Positions 61,161 to 64,000 of a DNA stretch of 64,000 nucleotides are shown piece after piece; within the stretch, counting starts at the first letter, position 1, and the number at the start of each line of letters is the position of its first letter. The position numbers were made by a program, and so were the translations under genes. Origin of the DNA: Azolla caroliniana (Eukaryota > Plantae > Polypodiophyta); assembly GCA_043228905.1 (NCBI GenBank), contig JBHGNT010000001.1:18104001-18168000 (forward strand), read 5' to 3'. The notes under the pieces are model-generated. The model was not told the origin of the DNA, ran no database searches, and saw nothing but the letters and a program-made list of their open reading frames with translations.

Positions 61161-62965
61161 TGTTGTCCGGCCCTAAGGATTAACACAGTTTTTGGTGACC
61201 ACGATTCCTGCACAATCGCAGTGAACAGCGGCGGGAATGGATGACTAGGCCAACAGACGACCCAGTTATGGAGAGAGCACGAAGACTTGCTGAACGGCGA
61301 AGGCGGCGAGAGGCTTTCCAGCAAGTGGCGGAAGAAATCCGATCGGATCGATCATTTTCCAAAGTTATCTAGAAAGTGGCGGAGGAGTCGCTCCGTTTGC
61401 AACAAAATGCCTACCCGGACGAAGGAACCAGCTTAAGCAGTCTCCGGGAAGCAGAATCCCTTCTCCAGGCCTTGGCCGGAAGAGACGGCGAATCCGAAGC
61501 ATTTTCGGCGCTAGAATCGGATTTGAAAGGGGGTTACAGCGCGCACACGAACTATCGCAGCAGTAACGACACCCAAGAAGGACCGGAGGACGAGGAGTCG
61601 GATACATTACCGACACCGGAACCAGAATTGTCAGACCGAGAACCTCCGGCACTAGACGTGGAGCAACCTCTGGAGACGGAAGAGGACAAAGAAAGACCCC
61701 TGACACCGGAAATCGAGCCGGCAACACCGAAGGAGGACCGGCGAAGACCTCCGACTCCGACAGAGGACCAGCAACGACCTCTGACGCCGATGGAAGAGCA
61801 GGAAAGACCACCGACACCGCCAGCCCGCGCACCGACACCAAACGACGACATGTCGTTCCAGTACCCCAAGTATAGGGATGACCCGGACGCGGAGGCTCAT
61901 GTTCACGCTTTTCAACAAACATGGGAGGCGAACCATGTGTCACAACGGTTAACCGCAGCTGAAGAGGAACGATCTAAGATAGCCGAATTCGGCGTGACAT
62001 TAGAAGGACCGGCCACCAGATGGCACCGGACGCAGGACCGCAGCACCATCACCACCTTTGCGGACGTGAAAGCTAAATTCTTGCACTTCTTTCAGAAGGA
62101 GGTGGACCAGAGAGAAATGGTGGGCCTATTTTATACCATCCGGCAGGACCCTGGGGAGAGCATTCCGCAGTTTGTCATCCAGTTTCAACGGATGCACAGT
62201 CAGCTTACCCGAACACCTCCAGAGGAAGAAACACGGGCTATATTCTTAGCCGCGCTCCGGGAACCTCTACGTACGGTATGCACGGTCATCGACTTTCGCA
62301 CAAGTACCGTCGACCAGGTCATCGACCGGGTTAGAGAAATGGAGAAAACAAGCTCTTGGCTAACAATGGGAGCACTGCAACGAGCGTTACCAACCGATGA
62401 GGATCTCCGGTTTCAACAGGCCATTCAATGCACAACATGCCTAAATGTCGGACACTCAGCACTAGAATGTACCATGCGCTCGCAATGTCTATTGTGCCAT
62501 TCCAGGAACCACACAATGGAGCAGTGCGAGTACAATTTGTTGAATCACCAAGCACCACCGGTTCGGCAAATCGAACCACGGAGTACCAAGGAGGAGGAAG
62601 AAGAACGTTGGAGGCGAGAAGAGCGATACCGACCGGCACAGGATGTCCGGTACATGTACAACTATGAACGGTATGATAGATATGATCGGTACCGGGATTA
62701 TAATGGACAGTATGAAAGATACAATCGGGACCAATCCCCCGGTTACAACCAACGACAGGAAGCCTACGGGAGACATGATGACCAGCCCCGTCAAGAGTAT
62801 CGGAACAAAAAGAAACGCCATTTCAAGAAAAGGGGTTACCTACGGGAACCGGAGAAGGGCGCCTCAAGCAGCCAACTGGATCAAAGCTCCGCCGTTACCA
62901 CAGGTTCTCCACCGGGGGCAAGAAACAACGCCGAATCCAACACTACCCGGAAAGCATATTGCCAC
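61161..62965 (+). mobile_element. 5' part of D-like Gypsy element L, with only a 25-bp LTR-like end
   Basis: TGTTGTCC...ATTAACA (61161-61185). PBS-like TGGTGACCACGA at 61193. gag homologous to D. Confidence 0.8.
61241..62965 (+). pseudogene. L gag (one TAG near 61370; truncated by the K insertion)
   Basis: 531-aa ORF with a retrotransposon-gag core and CCHC boxes CTTCLNVGHSALEC and CLLCHSRNHTMEQC. Confidence 0.88.
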
Positions 62966-63070
62966 TGTTAAGAATTAGGTAATTAACTAGGGTTAATTAG
63001 AGACTAATTAATATATGGTTACGTTAAGCAGCAGAAGATTACTATGATATGCGCGTGAGAGTGTGTGAGA

Positions 63071-63128
<58 letters not shown>

Positions 63129-64000
63129 ACACTTATGAACACGAAGATAAATGGGGGATGATTGACTATATTGAAAAGTGTCATCAACTACAAAAATACC
63201 CACAATGAGGTATATATACAACCCATGTGCAAAGGTGCACATGTGTGGGTAGAACATAGGTACTTATGTGTAAGTCCTACATTAAATGTACTAAGGAGTG
63301 GAGGATCTAGAATATCCCACTTAAGTACAAGGTCCTATTTAAAGGCTTAAGGTCAATACATTAACTAGATTTGATCTAGGTGAGTACTAAGTTACATGTG
63401 TTGACTAACTAGATTAAACTAGTTGACCTTGATATCTCAACACGCCCCCTCAAGCTCAAGTGTGAGGCGTCCAACGTCCGGTTTAGCTTCCTTCGGTTTC
63501 ATCGGCATCGGTGCGGCTTGCGGCTTTCTTCGTGGTGTTGCGCGGCGTTGCGCGGCTTTCTTCGCGTATTCTCGGCTTCGTTGCGCGGTTCTCCGCGGCC
63601 TTGTTCTCCCCCTCAAGCCTGTGACAAAGGCTTGGATCCTCAGGCTCTTGTTCAGCCACTACCTTTATCGCGAGGGCATAGTGCTGGGCCATATACTCAT
63701 TGTAGGCGTAACGAGTGACTTGGGTCTTCGCTCGTGATGAGCGGCGGAGTTTCTCATTGGTCGATGTGAGTGCCTTCTTTACTCCATGTGTCCTCATGAT
63801 GGGTACACCGAACTCACTATCTAGTGAGCGAGCCGAATCATCCGAATCACAGTCGTCGGGGTGGACCTTGACTTCGTATTCAAGCATCTTACCTTTGCCT
63901 TTGTCCAATGTCGGACTTGGCCGTGACGTGATTTCATCGCGTGGAGGCTTTTGTGGGCCAATTATCTTGGTAGAGCTTGGATTGTCCTTCGGTGGAGCAC
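62966..64000 (-). mobile_element. Copia K (H/I-like): 3' LTR 62966-63442, PPT, and an internal part lacking RT-RH; continues beyond the window
   Basis: TGTTAAG...CTCAACA followed by CGCCCCCTCAAG. The peptide LRRSSR...YNEYMAQHYA...QEPE matches the H/I INT-RT linker. Confidence 0.85.
63074..63124. repeat. (GA)n microsatellite in the K LTR
   Basis: Direct inspection. Confidence 0.95.

Overview
Gene-free, deeply nested retrotransposon cluster from a plant genome; a seed-free land plant such as a fern or moss is my guess from the element types, not something the sequence proves. I found no host gene, rRNA, intact tRNA or CRISPR array. Reconstructed nesting: Copia J contains Gypsy D and Copia I. 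D contains Gypsy B (holding young Gypsy A and solo LTR X0) and non-autonomous element E (holding solo LTRs G and X2). I contains Copia H. On the right, an L1-type LINE is interrupted by a chromovirus (M) and a D-like Gypsy (L), and L is interrupted by a deleted Copia (K). The most notable signal is a clade of Gypsy-type elements (A, B, E, F, G, X) with TGTCGT...ACGACA-type ends. All seven readable insertion junctions sit at 4-bp sites centred on CpG. Where internal sequence is present they have a tRNA-Trp PBS, protease in the Gag frame followed by a -1 slippery site plus H-type pseudoknot, and a conserved hairpin before the PPT. Several LTRs carry tRNA-like Pol III A/B boxes, and LTR G carries an array of 105-nt hairpins. 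All analysis was by eye; tRNA sequences and family assignments are from memory and need database confirmation.
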